From a bacterium (GTDB taxonomy: Bacteria; Patescibacteriota; Minisyncoccia; Phycocordibacterales; SBAW01), in the NCBI GenBank assembly GCA_021839985.1, contig JAKBZO010000003.1, positions 1-46,793 of the forward strand: a DNA stretch of 46,793 nucleotides. The letters run 5' to 3'. The translations under genes and the position numbers were made by a program. The number at the start of each line of letters is the position of its first letter. Within the stretch, counting starts at the first letter, position 1. Shown here piece after piece: positions 18,004 to 26,474 of the stretch. Below the pieces are notes generated by a model. The model had not been told where the DNA came from, did not search any database, and saw only the letters and a list, made by a program, of their open reading frames with translations.

Positions 18004-19092
18004 ATGCGCGTACTCGCCATTGAAACTTCCTGCGACGAGACCGGCGTCGCCATCCTTGAAGGCAGCTCCTTTGCCGACAGTTTTTCATTTACGGTCCTTG
18101 GCGAAGCATTGCTCTCGCAAGCGGAGCTTCATCGCGACTACGGCGGCGTGTATCCGACCCTCGCCAAGCGCGAACATGAAAAGAATCTTCCGGCCATTCT
18201 CGCCGAAGCGCTGAAGAAGGCAGGCATGAAAGAGCCTGCTGATGTCGACGCGATCGTCGTCACATCCGGACCCGGGCTTGAACCGGCGCTGTGGACCGGC
18301 ATCACGTTCGCGCAAGATCTTGCAAAGAAATGGAGGAAGCCGCTCTTTGCGTCTAATCATATGGAGGGTCACTTGGTCGCTTCGCTGGTGCAGGACGGGC
18401 TGCTCTCCGGCATATCCTTCCCTATTCTTGCGCTCCTCGTCTCCGGCGGGCACAGCGAGTTCGTTCGTGTTGATGATTGGTTCAAGTATTCGATCGTCGG
18501 ACAGACGCTCGACGACGCGGTCGGCGAATGTTTCGACAAAGTTGCGCGCATGCTCGGGCTTCAGTATCCAGGCGGACCGGAGATCTCGCGGCTTGCCAAG
18601 CACGCGCGCGACAACGATCTCCCGCAATCCACCGCGGCGCTCCCGCGCCCAATGATCCACACCGACAACTGCGACATCTCTTTCTCCGGACTCAAGACCG
18701 CGGCACTCTACGCGCTGCGCGACATGGGCGGCATCGAAACACTCTCGGAGAACGACAAGGCGGCGTTCGCGCGCGAGTTCGAAGATAGCGTTGCTGAAGT
18801 ATTCGTGCACAAAGCGCGCCGCGCGCTCGTGGAAACCGGAGCGAGCATGTTCGCACTCGGCGGCGGTGTGGCGGCAAACAAGCACCTGCGCGAAGCGCTC
18901 GCCGACGCGATCAAAAAAGATTTTCCCGATGTCGAGATCCGCGTACCAGATCCATCTATGACTGGTGACAATGCGATCATGATCGCGCAAGCAGCACTCT
19001 TACACCTCCTCATCGGCGGCTGGAAACTCGACCGCCCTCACGCCGACATAAAAGCAAACGGTAACCTCAGTCTAGAACCGTCAGATATCTAG
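18004..19092 (+). CDS. tsaD: tRNA N6-adenosine threonylcarbamoyltransferase TsaD
   Basis: LAIETSCDET, HMEGH, LVSGGHS, TLDDAVGECFDKVAR, SFSGLKT, GGGVAAN, DNAIMIA. Confidence 0.95.
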   Translation: MRVLAIETSCDETGVAILEGSSFADSFSFTVLGEALLSQAELHRDYGGVYPTLAKREHEKNLPAILAEALKKAGMKEPADVDAIVVTSGPGLEPALWTGITFAQDLAKKWRKPLFASNHMEGHLVASLVQDGLLSGISFPILALLVSGGHSEFVRVDDWFKYSIVGQTLDDAVGECFDKVARMLGLQYPGGPEISRLAKHARDNDLPQSTAALPRPMIHTDNCDISFSGLKTAALYALRDMGGIETLSENDKAAFAREFEDSVAEVFVHKARRALVETGASMFALGGGVAANKHLREALADAIKKDFPDVEIRVPDPSMTGDNAIMIAQAALLHLLIGGWKLDRPHADIKANGNLSLEPSDI

Positions 19093-19125
19093 CCAGGGCA
19101 TCGATCTTGGACTATAGTCTATGAT

Positions 19126-21276
19126 ATGGTCCCCGAAAAATTCCTTAAGCCGTACGATCCAGCCGCGACGGAGCCCTCTTTATATACACAGTGGGAGCAA
19201 AGCGGGTTTTTCAACCCTGACAAACTCCCCGACCAGATCGAGCGCACCGAGCCGTTCACGATCATCATGCCGCCGCCGAATGCCAACGGCTCACTCCATG
19301 CCGGCCATGCGCTTTTCGTCACGCTTCAAGACATTATGATCCGATTCGCGCGCATGCGCGGCAACAAGGCGCTCTGGCTTCCGGGCGCGGATCACGCCGG
19401 CTTCGAGACGCAGGTCGTGTATGAAAAGAAGCTGGAGAAAGAAGGTCGCTCGCGCTTCGAGATGGAGCCGCGGCAACTCTACAACGAGATCCTTGAGTTC
19501 ACGCTCGCCAACAAATCCTTCATGGAAGGACAGCTCCGCCAGCTCGGCGCATCGTGCGATTGGTCGCGCGAGCTTTTCACGCTCGATGAACGCGTTATCA
19601 AGACCGTATACGGAACATTCAAGAAACTCGGCGAAGACGGTCTCCTCTATCGCGGCAAACGCATCGTCAACTGGTGTCCGAAGCATCAGACCTCCCTTTC
19701 AAATCTCGAAACGATCTATCAGACGCGCACCGAGCCGTTCTACTATTTTCAGTACGGTCCGTTCGTGATCGGCACCTCGCGCCCCGAAACCAAGTTCGGC
19801 GACAAGTATGTCGTGATGCATCCTGATGATGAACGCTACGCGCAATATTCAGAGGGTCAGAAGATCGATCTTGAGTGGATAAACGGGCCGATCACCGCGA
19901 CCGTGCTCAAAGACGAAGCGATCGACATGTCCTTCGGTACCGGCGTCATGACCATCACCCCATGGCATGACGCGACCGACTTCGAGATCGCCAAACGTCA
20001 CACCCTGGATTACGAACAGATCATCGACTGGCGCGGCAAACTCCTTCCTGTCGCAGGCGAGTTCGCGGGCATGAACATCAAAGAAGCGCGCCCGAAGATG
20101 GTCGAGAAACTCAAAGAAAAGGGGCTTCTCGTGAAGATAGATGAAAAGTACACCCACGAAGTACCGGTATGCTACAAGTGCGAGCGCGAGATCGAGCCGC
20201 AGATCAAGGCGCAGTGGTTCGTGACGATGGAGCCGCTTGCGAAGAAAGCCCTTGCCGCCGTCGATGCGGGAGACGTGCGCATACTCACCGAAAACCACAA
20301 CAAGATCTTCCACAACTGGCTTGAGAACATCCAAGACTGGAACATATCTCGCCAGATCGTTTGGGGTATCCCGATACCAGCTAAGCTCTGCAGTAAGTGC
20401 GACGGGGGCTTTGTCGATATCGATGACACGATGCATGGTGTATGCCCGAAATGCGGCGGCAAGCTTGTGCAAGACCCTGACACCTTCGACACGTGGTTCT
20501 CATCCGGCCAGTGGCCGTTCGCAACCCTTGGCTATCCTGACTCACCCGATTTCAAGGAGTTCTACCCGACCTCGGTCATGGAAACAGCCGCTGATATTCT
20601 TTTCTTCTGGGTCGCGCGCATGATCATGCTCGGCCTCTACCGCACGGGCGACGTGCCCTTCAGAAACGTCTATCTCCACGGAATCGTGCGCGACGCCAAA
20701 GGCCGGAAGATGAGCAAGAGCAAAGGCAACGTGATCTCACCGCTTGAGGTCTCGAACGAATACGGTACCGACGCGCTGCGCATGGGACTCATCGTCGGCA
20801 ATACCGCCGGCACCGATATGAACCTTGACCCGCGCAAGATCGGTGCGTACAAAAAGTTCGCCAACAAGATCTGGAATATCGCGCGCTTCCTGCTTGAGAA
20901 TATCGATGAGATCGACATCACCGCACCTTTCACTGCGACCGACTCAGAGCGACGCGCCCAAATGCAAGCGATCGCACAGGACGTGACCGACGATCTCGAG
21001 AACTATCGTCCGTACCTCGCCGCCGAAAAGCTCTATCATTATCTGTGGGATGTCTTTGCAAGCGACCTTCTTGAAGAAAGCAAACCGATCTTCAAGACCG
21101 GCACGCCGGAAGAGGTTGCGTCTCGGAAGCGCCTTCTGATGCAAAACTTTGCCGATTCGCTCAAACTCCTTCATCCATTCATGCCGTTCGTCACTGAAGA
21201 GATCTGGCAGAGCCTGCCTGCGGTGCTCCGCACGCAAGACATGCTCATGGTCGAGCGTTGGCCGATCGTGAAATAG
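19126..21276 (+). CDS. valS: Valine--tRNA ligase (short, 716 aa)
   Basis: PPPNANGSLHAGH (HIGH), DWNISRQIVWG, DTFDTWFSS, FFWVARM, KMSKSKGN, LLHPFMPFVTEEIW. Confidence 0.95.
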   Translation: MVPEKFLKPYDPAATEPSLYTQWEQSGFFNPDKLPDQIERTEPFTIIMPPPNANGSLHAGHALFVTLQDIMIRFARMRGNKALWLPGADHAGFETQVVYEKKLEKEGRSRFEMEPRQLYNEILEFTLANKSFMEGQLRQLGASCDWSRELFTLDERVIKTVYGTFKKLGEDGLLYRGKRIVNWCPKHQTSLSNLETIYQTRTEPFYYFQYGPFVIGTSRPETKFGDKYVVMHPDDERYAQYSEGQKIDLEWINGPITATVLKDEAIDMSFGTGVMTITPWHDATDFEIAKRHTLDYEQIIDWRGKLLPVAGEFAGMNIKEARPKMVEKLKEKGLLVKIDEKYTHEVPVCYKCEREIEPQIKAQWFVTMEPLAKKALAAVDAGDVRILTENHNKIFHNWLENIQDWNISRQIVWGIPIPAKLCSKCDGGFVDIDDTMHGVCPKCGGKLVQDPDTFDTWFSSGQWPFATLGYPDSPDFKEFYPTSVMETAADILFFWVARMIMLGLYRTGDVPFRNVYLHGIVRDAKGRKMSKSKGNVISPLEVSNEYGTDALRMGLIVGNTAGTDMNLDPRKIGAYKKFANKIWNIARFLLENIDEIDITAPFTATDSERRAQMQAIAQDVTDDLENYRPYLAAEKLYHYLWDVFASDLLEESKPIFKTGTPEEVASRKRLLMQNFADSLKLLHPFMPFVTEEIWQSLPAVLRTQDMLMVERWPIVK

Positions 21277-21318
21277 ATGATCGAATAGACAGGTGTATTT
21301 CTGGGTTACAATGACTTC

Positions 21319-22005
21319 ATGGATTCTCTGCATTTGATCGGCTATTCCGTGATCGGCGGCTTTGTTCCCGCACTGATTTGGCTCGCCTTCTGGCTCACCG
21401 AAGACCGCTGTCAACCGGAACCGAAACTCCGTCTCCTCCTCACGTTCCTCGCAGGCATGGTCACCGTCGCGATCGCGATACCGCTTGAGAACGCGGCGTC
21501 TTCTTTTACGACAGGAGCTCCTCCGCTCTTGATATGGGCGAGTATCGAAGAGATCCTAAAACTTCTCGCCGCAGCGACCTTTGGCCTTCTTAGCGCGGAC
21601 TTCGACGAACCGATCGACGCGGTCATCTACATGATCACCGCAGCACTTGGTTTCGCCGCCGCTGAAAATATTCTTTTCTTGTTCGGCACCATGTACCAAG
21701 GTGACATACTGCAAGGTCTCATCCTTGGCGATACGCGCTTCGTGGGCGCGACGCTTCTTCACTCTCTGTCATCGGCGACGGTCGGTCTCTTTATGGCACT
21801 CGCATTCTATCGCAGCGCGACGATGAAGAAGATCGCGCTCGCCGCCGGAGTTATCCTCGCTATTTTCTTGCATACCCTCTTTAACTTTTTTATACTGGCA
21901 CAAGGAGGCAGTTTGGCGGTGTCCGTTTTCCTGTCCATATGGGCAGGCATCATCGTTCTGCTCTTTCTTCTGGAGCGTGTCAAAAACGCGAAAGATTACT
22001 GTTGA
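21319..22005 (+). CDS. prsW: PrsW-family intramembrane metalloprotease
   Basis: EP motif, IEEILK, LGFAAAEN, LLHS, FLHTLFN. Confidence 0.88.
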   Translation: MDSLHLIGYSVIGGFVPALIWLAFWLTEDRCQPEPKLRLLLTFLAGMVTVAIAIPLENAASSFTTGAPPLLIWASIEEILKLLAAATFGLLSADFDEPIDAVIYMITAALGFAAAENILFLFGTMYQGDILQGLILGDTRFVGATLLHSLSSATVGLFMALAFYRSATMKKIALAAGVILAIFLHTLFNFFILAQGGSLAVSVFLSIWAGIIVLLFLLERVKNAKDYC

Positions 22006-22055
22006 TGGTACCCCGTTTCTTTTCCTGACTACTAACCACTAATAATCAAACCTTC

Positions 22056-22580
22056 ATGGCGCGCGATAAAAGATCACTGTTCGAATGGCTCACCGGCTCC
22101 AGCAACACCTCAGACGATTTTTCTTTTGATGATCTTGAGAGCGGCACTGCCTTTTCTCGAAACATACCGGCGACTCATTCCGAACCTCAGCGCACCATCT
22201 CTCCAACCATCGCGGCAGACGACGCAGAATCGAAACCGGTCGAAGAACCGGCCGGTGAGCTCGCGGTCGACGTATACCAAACCCCAACCCACATTGTCGT
22301 GAAGGCAATGATCGCCGGCGTACGGCCTGAAGATCTTGAGGTCTCGATCACTCGCGACATGGTTACGATCCGCGGCAAACGCGAACGACACACCGAAGGC
22401 GGTTCCGATGACTTTTTCTTCCAGGAGCTGTATTGGGGCGCATTCGCCCGCACTGTCGTTCTTCCTCAAGAAGTCGACATCGAGGGCGCCGAAGCTATGG
22501 AAAAGCACGGCCTTTTGGTCATCCGACTTCCGAAACTTGATAAGGGGCGGCAGGCGAAATTGAAGGTCAAATCAAATTAG
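22056..22580 (+). CDS. Hsp20/alpha-crystallin family small heat-shock protein
   Basis: VDVYQT, AGVRPEDLEVSI, WGAFARTVVLP, GLLVIRLPK. Confidence 0.92.
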   Translation: MARDKRSLFEWLTGSSNTSDDFSFDDLESGTAFSRNIPATHSEPQRTISPTIAADDAESKPVEEPAGELAVDVYQTPTHIVVKAMIAGVRPEDLEVSITRDMVTIRGKRERHTEGGSDDFFFQELYWGAFARTVVLPQEVDIEGAEAMEKHGLLVIRLPKLDKGRQAKLKVKSN

Positions 22581-22618
22581 AGATTCGGTCACGCAAACAC
22601 CCCCTATTTCACTTTATA

Positions 22619-22830
22619 GCTCAGGGCCGGGCTCGGGGTCAAGTTTCTAAACTCATCGTTCGCGCTTCGCGCTCAAATTCGTTAAGAACTTCCTCCCCGG
22701 ACTCGCGGTCTTGTTCGCTGAAAAGCTCACAAGACAACGCTCCGTCTTTCGAGCCCGGACGGAATGTGCGCAGGCACATTCCTCCCTGAGCACAAATGTA
22801 AAGGCCGCTCTTAAGCGGCCTTTACATTTG
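22619..22830 (-). repeat. tRNA-Phe-linked structured element (mirror copy plus direct copy of tRNA 3' end)
   Basis: 22619-22635 is identical to 22832-22848. Inverted copy TTCGAGCCCGG (22748-22758) [GGAATGTGC-GCAG-GCACATTCC] CCCTGAGCACA; perfect 25-bp inverted repeat 22784-22808/22815-22839. Confidence 0.85.
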
Positions 22831-22903
22831 TGCTCAGGGCCGGGCTCGAACCGGCGACCCCCTCCTCTTCAGGGAGATGCTCTACCAACTGAGCTACCTG
22901 AGC
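22831..22903 (-). tRNA. tRNA-Phe(GAA)
   Basis: GCTCAGG...CCTGAGC-A cloverleaf, anticodon loop CT-GAA-GA (G37). Confidence 0.93.
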
Positions 22904-22943
22904 GTAGCAATAGAATAGCATGGAGACGCCTCTAACTCAACGA

Positions 22944-23261
22944 TCACAGCGCCGGTATTTTCTTGACGGCGTTCTGTACATTTTGCAGATAATTCTGCGC
23001 ACCGGTCGTCGTGGTCTGCGCCTTATTGAGATTTGATTGTAGGCTGCTGTAAGCCTGTTCAAGTTGCGTCAGATACGGAGTGACGAATGTATACGAAACA
23101 CCAAGAATGCCGAGTATGATGATCCAATAAATAACACGGGATACCATCTCGAAACGCGCGCTTCGGCGCAGTGAATGCACGGCCTTATTCGTATCTTTCG
23201 CGATCTCCAAACTTTCCGCGACCATGCGCTTGAGTTCGGCAATATCCTGATCTGTATCCAT
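22944..23261 (-). CDS. Hypothetical single-pass membrane protein with coiled-coil segments
   Basis: Central TM (VIYWIIILGILGVSY); -10 TACTAT 6 nt upstream of ATG. Confidence 0.7.
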   Translation of the reverse strand: MDTDQDIAELKRMVAESLEIAKDTNKAVHSLRRSARFEMVSRVIYWIIILGILGVSYTFVTPYLTQLEQAYSSLQSNLNKAQTTTTGAQNYLQNVQNAVKKIPAL

Positions 23262-23283
23262 ACAAGAATAGTAACACGATCTG

Positions 23284-23354
23284 TGCGGGTAGGGAGAATC
23301 GGACTCCCGCTTGTTGCTTGGGAAGCAACTGTCCTACCACTAAACGATACCCGC
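23284..23354 (-). tRNA. tRNA-Gly(CCC)
   Basis: GCGGGTA...TACCCGC-A, anticodon loop TT-CCC-AA; T-loop TCCGATT (C55), discriminator A. Confidence 0.9.
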
Positions 23355-23440
23355 AGCGCACGACACATCTTGATTTGAAGCAAGCCGTGCTCTCTATGGT
23401 ATACTGAAGCGACTACTACTAGCAATAGCGCTTACTATAT

Positions 23441-23677
23441 ATGGAACACATCATCACTATCTACACGACGCCGACTTGCCATTTCTGTCACATGGCAAAA
23501 GATTTTTTCAATTCGAAAAATATCAAATATACCGAACACGATGTCGTCTCCGATATCGCCAAGAGACAGGAAATGATCCAGCTTACCGGACAGCTCGGCG
23601 TCCCGGTCATCGTGATCGATGGCGAGCCGGTTGTGGGTTTCAATCAGGCTGTCGTCGCCCAGAAACTGGGTTTATAA
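23441..23677 (+). CDS. Glutaredoxin-like (NrdH/YruB-type) protein
   Basis: YTTPTCHFC CxxC, GQLGVPVIVIDG. Confidence 0.92.
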   Translation: MEHIITIYTTPTCHFCHMAKDFFNSKNIKYTEHDVVSDIAKRQEMIQLTGQLGVPVIVIDGEPVVGFNQAVVAQKLGL

Positions 23678-23691
23678 CAACCAAGTGCGAC

Positions 23692-23729
23692 AAAAAAGAA
23701 GACGAGCTTTAGCTCGTCTTCTTTTGTTT
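23692..23729 (+). terminator. Intrinsic terminator
   Basis: AAAAGAAGACGAGCT-TT-AGCTCGTCTTCTTTT. Confidence 0.8.
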
Positions 23730-23761
23730 GATATGATACCGTGGTGAGGTGTAGACCTATA

Positions 23762-23833
23762 GCCTCGATAGTTCAATGGATAGAACAGCTCCGTCCTAAG
23801 GAGTAGATGTAGGTTCGATTCCTACTCGAGGCA
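23762..23833 (+). tRNA. tRNA-Arg(CCT)
   Basis: GCCTCGA...TCGAGGC-A, anticodon loop GT-CCT-AA, T-loop TTCGATT. Confidence 0.92.
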
Positions 23834-23887
23834 CAACGAGCGAAGCGAGTGTGTCTCGAGAGCATGCCAACTGCTTGGCTGGCATGC
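23834..23887 (+). repeat. tRNA-Arg-linked mirror element (short form)
   Basis: GAGCGAAGCGAG, then TGTGTCTCGAG (23850-23860, complementary to 23825-23835 with one G-U), then hairpin with CTGC loop (23871-23874). Confidence 0.7.
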
Positions 23888-23934
23888 GCCCTGCGTCTTT
23901 TCACCACGATCTACACGTTCTACGTACTTACACA

Positions 23935-24330
23935 TCACCACGGCCAGAGCGTGTGGATGAGATCGCCCCAAAAGCCGGTGGATGATGTGGTGGTGGCATC
24001 GGACGGCGCGCTGGAGCGATCGACGATCTGGATGACCCCCTCGCCCGGTTTCACCACACCGTAGCGCGATCGCAGCGCCGCTTCCACCCCAAGCGACGAA
24101 GAAAGCTCTGCCATGTCTGTCTTTGCCTTGGCGTCTTGCGCTGAGACGAGAGAAAGCTGACGTTTCGCTGTGTCTGCGTCGCTTGTTGCCGATTGGAGAC
24201 GGCCATACATGCGCCACGCCGCAAGTATCGCGCTAACGGCAAAAAAGAGGATGAGGAGCGCGCCGAATACGAGCAGCGTGGTGCGTACGAACAATTCTGC
24301 TCGAGTCTTATACTTCCCACCCGGAGGCAT
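23935..24330 (-). CDS. Septum formation initiator (FtsB/DivIC-like) family protein
   Basis: TM, short coiled coil, GVEAALRSRYGVVKPGEGVI (xxxLGxVKPGE-type motif). Confidence 0.7.
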   Translation of the reverse strand: MPPGGKYKTRAELFVRTTLLVFGALLILFFAVSAILAAWRMYGRLQSATSDADTAKRQLSLVSAQDAKAKTDMAELSSSLGVEAALRSRYGVVKPGEGVIQIVDRSSAPSDATTTSSTGFWGDLIHTLWPW

Positions 24331-24358
24331 ATGCCGTATTATACCATGTATGGTTCAT

Positions 24359-24466
24359 ATGTTTGGAAAAAATAGAGAGCGCGGCATGCGTATCGTTGGC
24401 TGGCTCTTTGCCATCTCTGCGATCGCTGGCATGTTTGCACTCTACTTCCCTGTTCTGTGGAGATAA
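24359..24466 (+). CDS. Small membrane peptide (35 aa)
   Basis: MFGKNRERGMRIVGWLFAISAIAGMFALYFPVLWR: basic N-terminus plus one TM; divergent from the ftsB-like gene. Confidence 0.5.
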   Translation: MFGKNRERGMRIVGWLFAISAIAGMFALYFPVLWR

Positions 24467-24507
24467 ACGTTGGTATGGCGTTGGTATGGCGAATGAATGC
24501 ACTTGAA

Positions 24508-26301
24508 CTACTCGCTCTTCACCATCTTCATAAACACCTCCTCGGGGATCTCTACCTTGCCGGTAGCTTGCATGCGCTTCTTGCCGCGCTTCTGTTTCGC
24601 CCACAATTTCATTTTTCGCGTTCTGTCGCCGCCGTAGAGATAGCCGGTCACGTCTTTAGAAAGCGCTGGGAGTGTGCGTGAGGAGAGGATGCGGCCGAGC
24701 GCGATGCCATGTATCTTGGTGGCGAACATCTGCCGCGGCAAGATCTTATAGAGTTTTTCGACCGCCGCGACCGCTTCCTCGTACGCGCGCCCTTTCGCTA
24801 CAATGCGCGAGAATGCCGGCTGCACTTCTTCGGCGACCGCAATGTCGAGACGCGCCACATCGGCCTGCCGCATGTCGCGCATCTCATACGAAACCGACGC
24901 ATAGCCCGACGACACGGTCTTTATCTTGTCGAAGAAATTGCGCATGAGTTCGCGCAGCGGCATGATGACGCGGATGATGACGCGACCTTCAGAGAAATTC
25001 TCCGTCGCCTCTGCCACTCCTTCATGATCGAACAAAAGCTGCATCACCTGGCTTACATAGTCGGTCGGCACCACGACGCGAGCCTCCACATACGGCTCCC
25101 AGATCGTTTGGATGTTGCCGAAGTCCGGGAATTGCGACGGCGAATAGACCGTGTGCCGCTCCCCGTCGCGCGTTTCGACTTCATAGGTGATGGTCGGCGT
25201 GGTGACCACGAGCGCAAGACCGTGTTCGCGTCGCAAGCGCTCGACGATGATCTCAAGATGGAGCATGCCGAGGAATCCGCAGCGAAACCCGCGGCCGAGC
25301 GTGCCGGAAGATTCTTCTTCGAACGAGAATGACGCGTCGGAAAGACGTAAGCGGCCGAGCGCTGAGCGCAGTTTGGGAAAATCATCTTGGCTCTCCGGAT
25401 AGATACTCGCCCAGACGACTGGCTTCGGCTCTGCATAGCCTTCGAGCGCCGGCGCACGCGAGAGTGCGGTGCGCACCGTATCACCGACGCGCGCGAAGCC
25501 CGACTCTTTGATACCAGTGACGACATAGCCGATCATTCCCTCCTCCAATCGATCGATCACTTGCGGCTGCGGCGCAAAGACGCCGACCTCAAGCGCGGCG
25601 AATGATCTGCCGCTCGCGGCGAACTCGAGTTTGTCGCCCTTCCCGATCGCGCCGTTCATGAGACGGATGAAAACGATCACTCCTTGATGATCGGAGTATT
25701 GGAAGTCAAAAATGAGCGCGCGAGTGCCGGCGACCGACACGCTGGACGCAGGCGCCTCCGGCGGTGGCACCTTCTCCACCACCGCGCGCAGTACATCCTC
25801 AACGCCTTCGCCGGTGCGTCCTGAACAGCCGTAGATCTCGTCGGGCGCAACGCCAAGCAGCTTACTCATTTCTTCTTTTACGTCGTCGATGCGCGCGAGC
25901 GGCGAATCGATCTTTGAAATGACCGGAATGATCACGAGACCTTGTTCTTGCGCGGCGCGCAGCGTGGTAAGCGTCTGCGCCTGCACGCCCTGCGTGCCAT
26001 CCACCAGCAAGATCGTGCCCTCCACCGCGGTGAGTGCGCGCGACACTTCGTATGAGAAATCGATATGGCCAGGGGTGTCGATAAGATTGAGCAGATAATC
26101 TTTTCCGTCCGAGTGCCACACCATACGGACCGGCTGCATCTTGATGGTAATGCCGCGCTCGCGTTCAAGCTCCATGGAGTCGAGCACCTGCTCTTTCATT
26201 TTGCGCTTCTCGATCGTGCTGGTCACCTCAAGAAAACGGTCGGCAAGCGTCGACTTGCCGTGATCGATATGAGCGATAATGGAAAAATTGCGGATGTTCA
26301 T
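24508..26301 (-). CDS. lepA: Translation elongation factor 4 (LepA)
   Basis: IRNFSIIAHIDHGKSTLADR, ERERGITIK, DTPGH, GFRCGFLGMLHLEI, YGGDRTRKMKL; start 26301. Confidence 0.96.
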   Translation of the reverse strand: MNIRNFSIIAHIDHGKSTLADRFLEVTSTIEKRKMKEQVLDSMELERERGITIKMQPVRMVWHSDGKDYLLNLIDTPGHIDFSYEVSRALTAVEGTILLVDGTQGVQAQTLTTLRAAQEQGLVIIPVISKIDSPLARIDDVKEEMSKLLGVAPDEIYGCSGRTGEGVEDVLRAVVEKVPPPEAPASSVSVAGTRALIFDFQYSDHQGVIVFIRLMNGAIGKGDKLEFAASGRSFAALEVGVFAPQPQVIDRLEEGMIGYVVTGIKESGFARVGDTVRTALSRAPALEGYAEPKPVVWASIYPESQDDFPKLRSALGRLRLSDASFSFEEESSGTLGRGFRCGFLGMLHLEIIVERLRREHGLALVVTTPTITYEVETRDGERHTVYSPSQFPDFGNIQTIWEPYVEARVVVPTDYVSQVMQLLFDHEGVAEATENFSEGRVIIRVIMPLRELMRNFFDKIKTVSSGYASVSYEMRDMRQADVARLDIAVAEEVQPAFSRIVAKGRAYEEAVAAVEKLYKILPRQMFATKIHGIALGRILSSRTLPALSKDVTGYLYGGDRTRKMKLWAKQKRGKKRMQATGKVEIPEEVFMKMVKSE

Positions 26302-26320
26302 ACAATGAGAGTGGTACGGA

Positions 26321-26444
26321 TGGATGCGGTGAAGATCGATGACATGCAAGGCGCGAGCGAGGAACGAACCGAGCCTTACCTAGACGTAAGGTGAGGGAGT
26401 ACCGGAGCTCGCAACACAGCAGGTCGCGATCTTCACCGCATCCA
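26321..26444 (+). repeat. 124-bp structured repeat, copy 2
   Basis: Perfect 18-bp terminal inverted repeat (26321-26338/26427-26444); same core and same length as 3920-4043. Confidence 0.8.
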
Positions 26445-26474
26445 CCACAAGACACTGTACGTTAAAAACGTCCT

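Noticed and set aside
24468-24489. CGTTGGTATGG direct repeat (2 copies)
   Set aside because: A single short duplication between convergent genes with no other copies seen.
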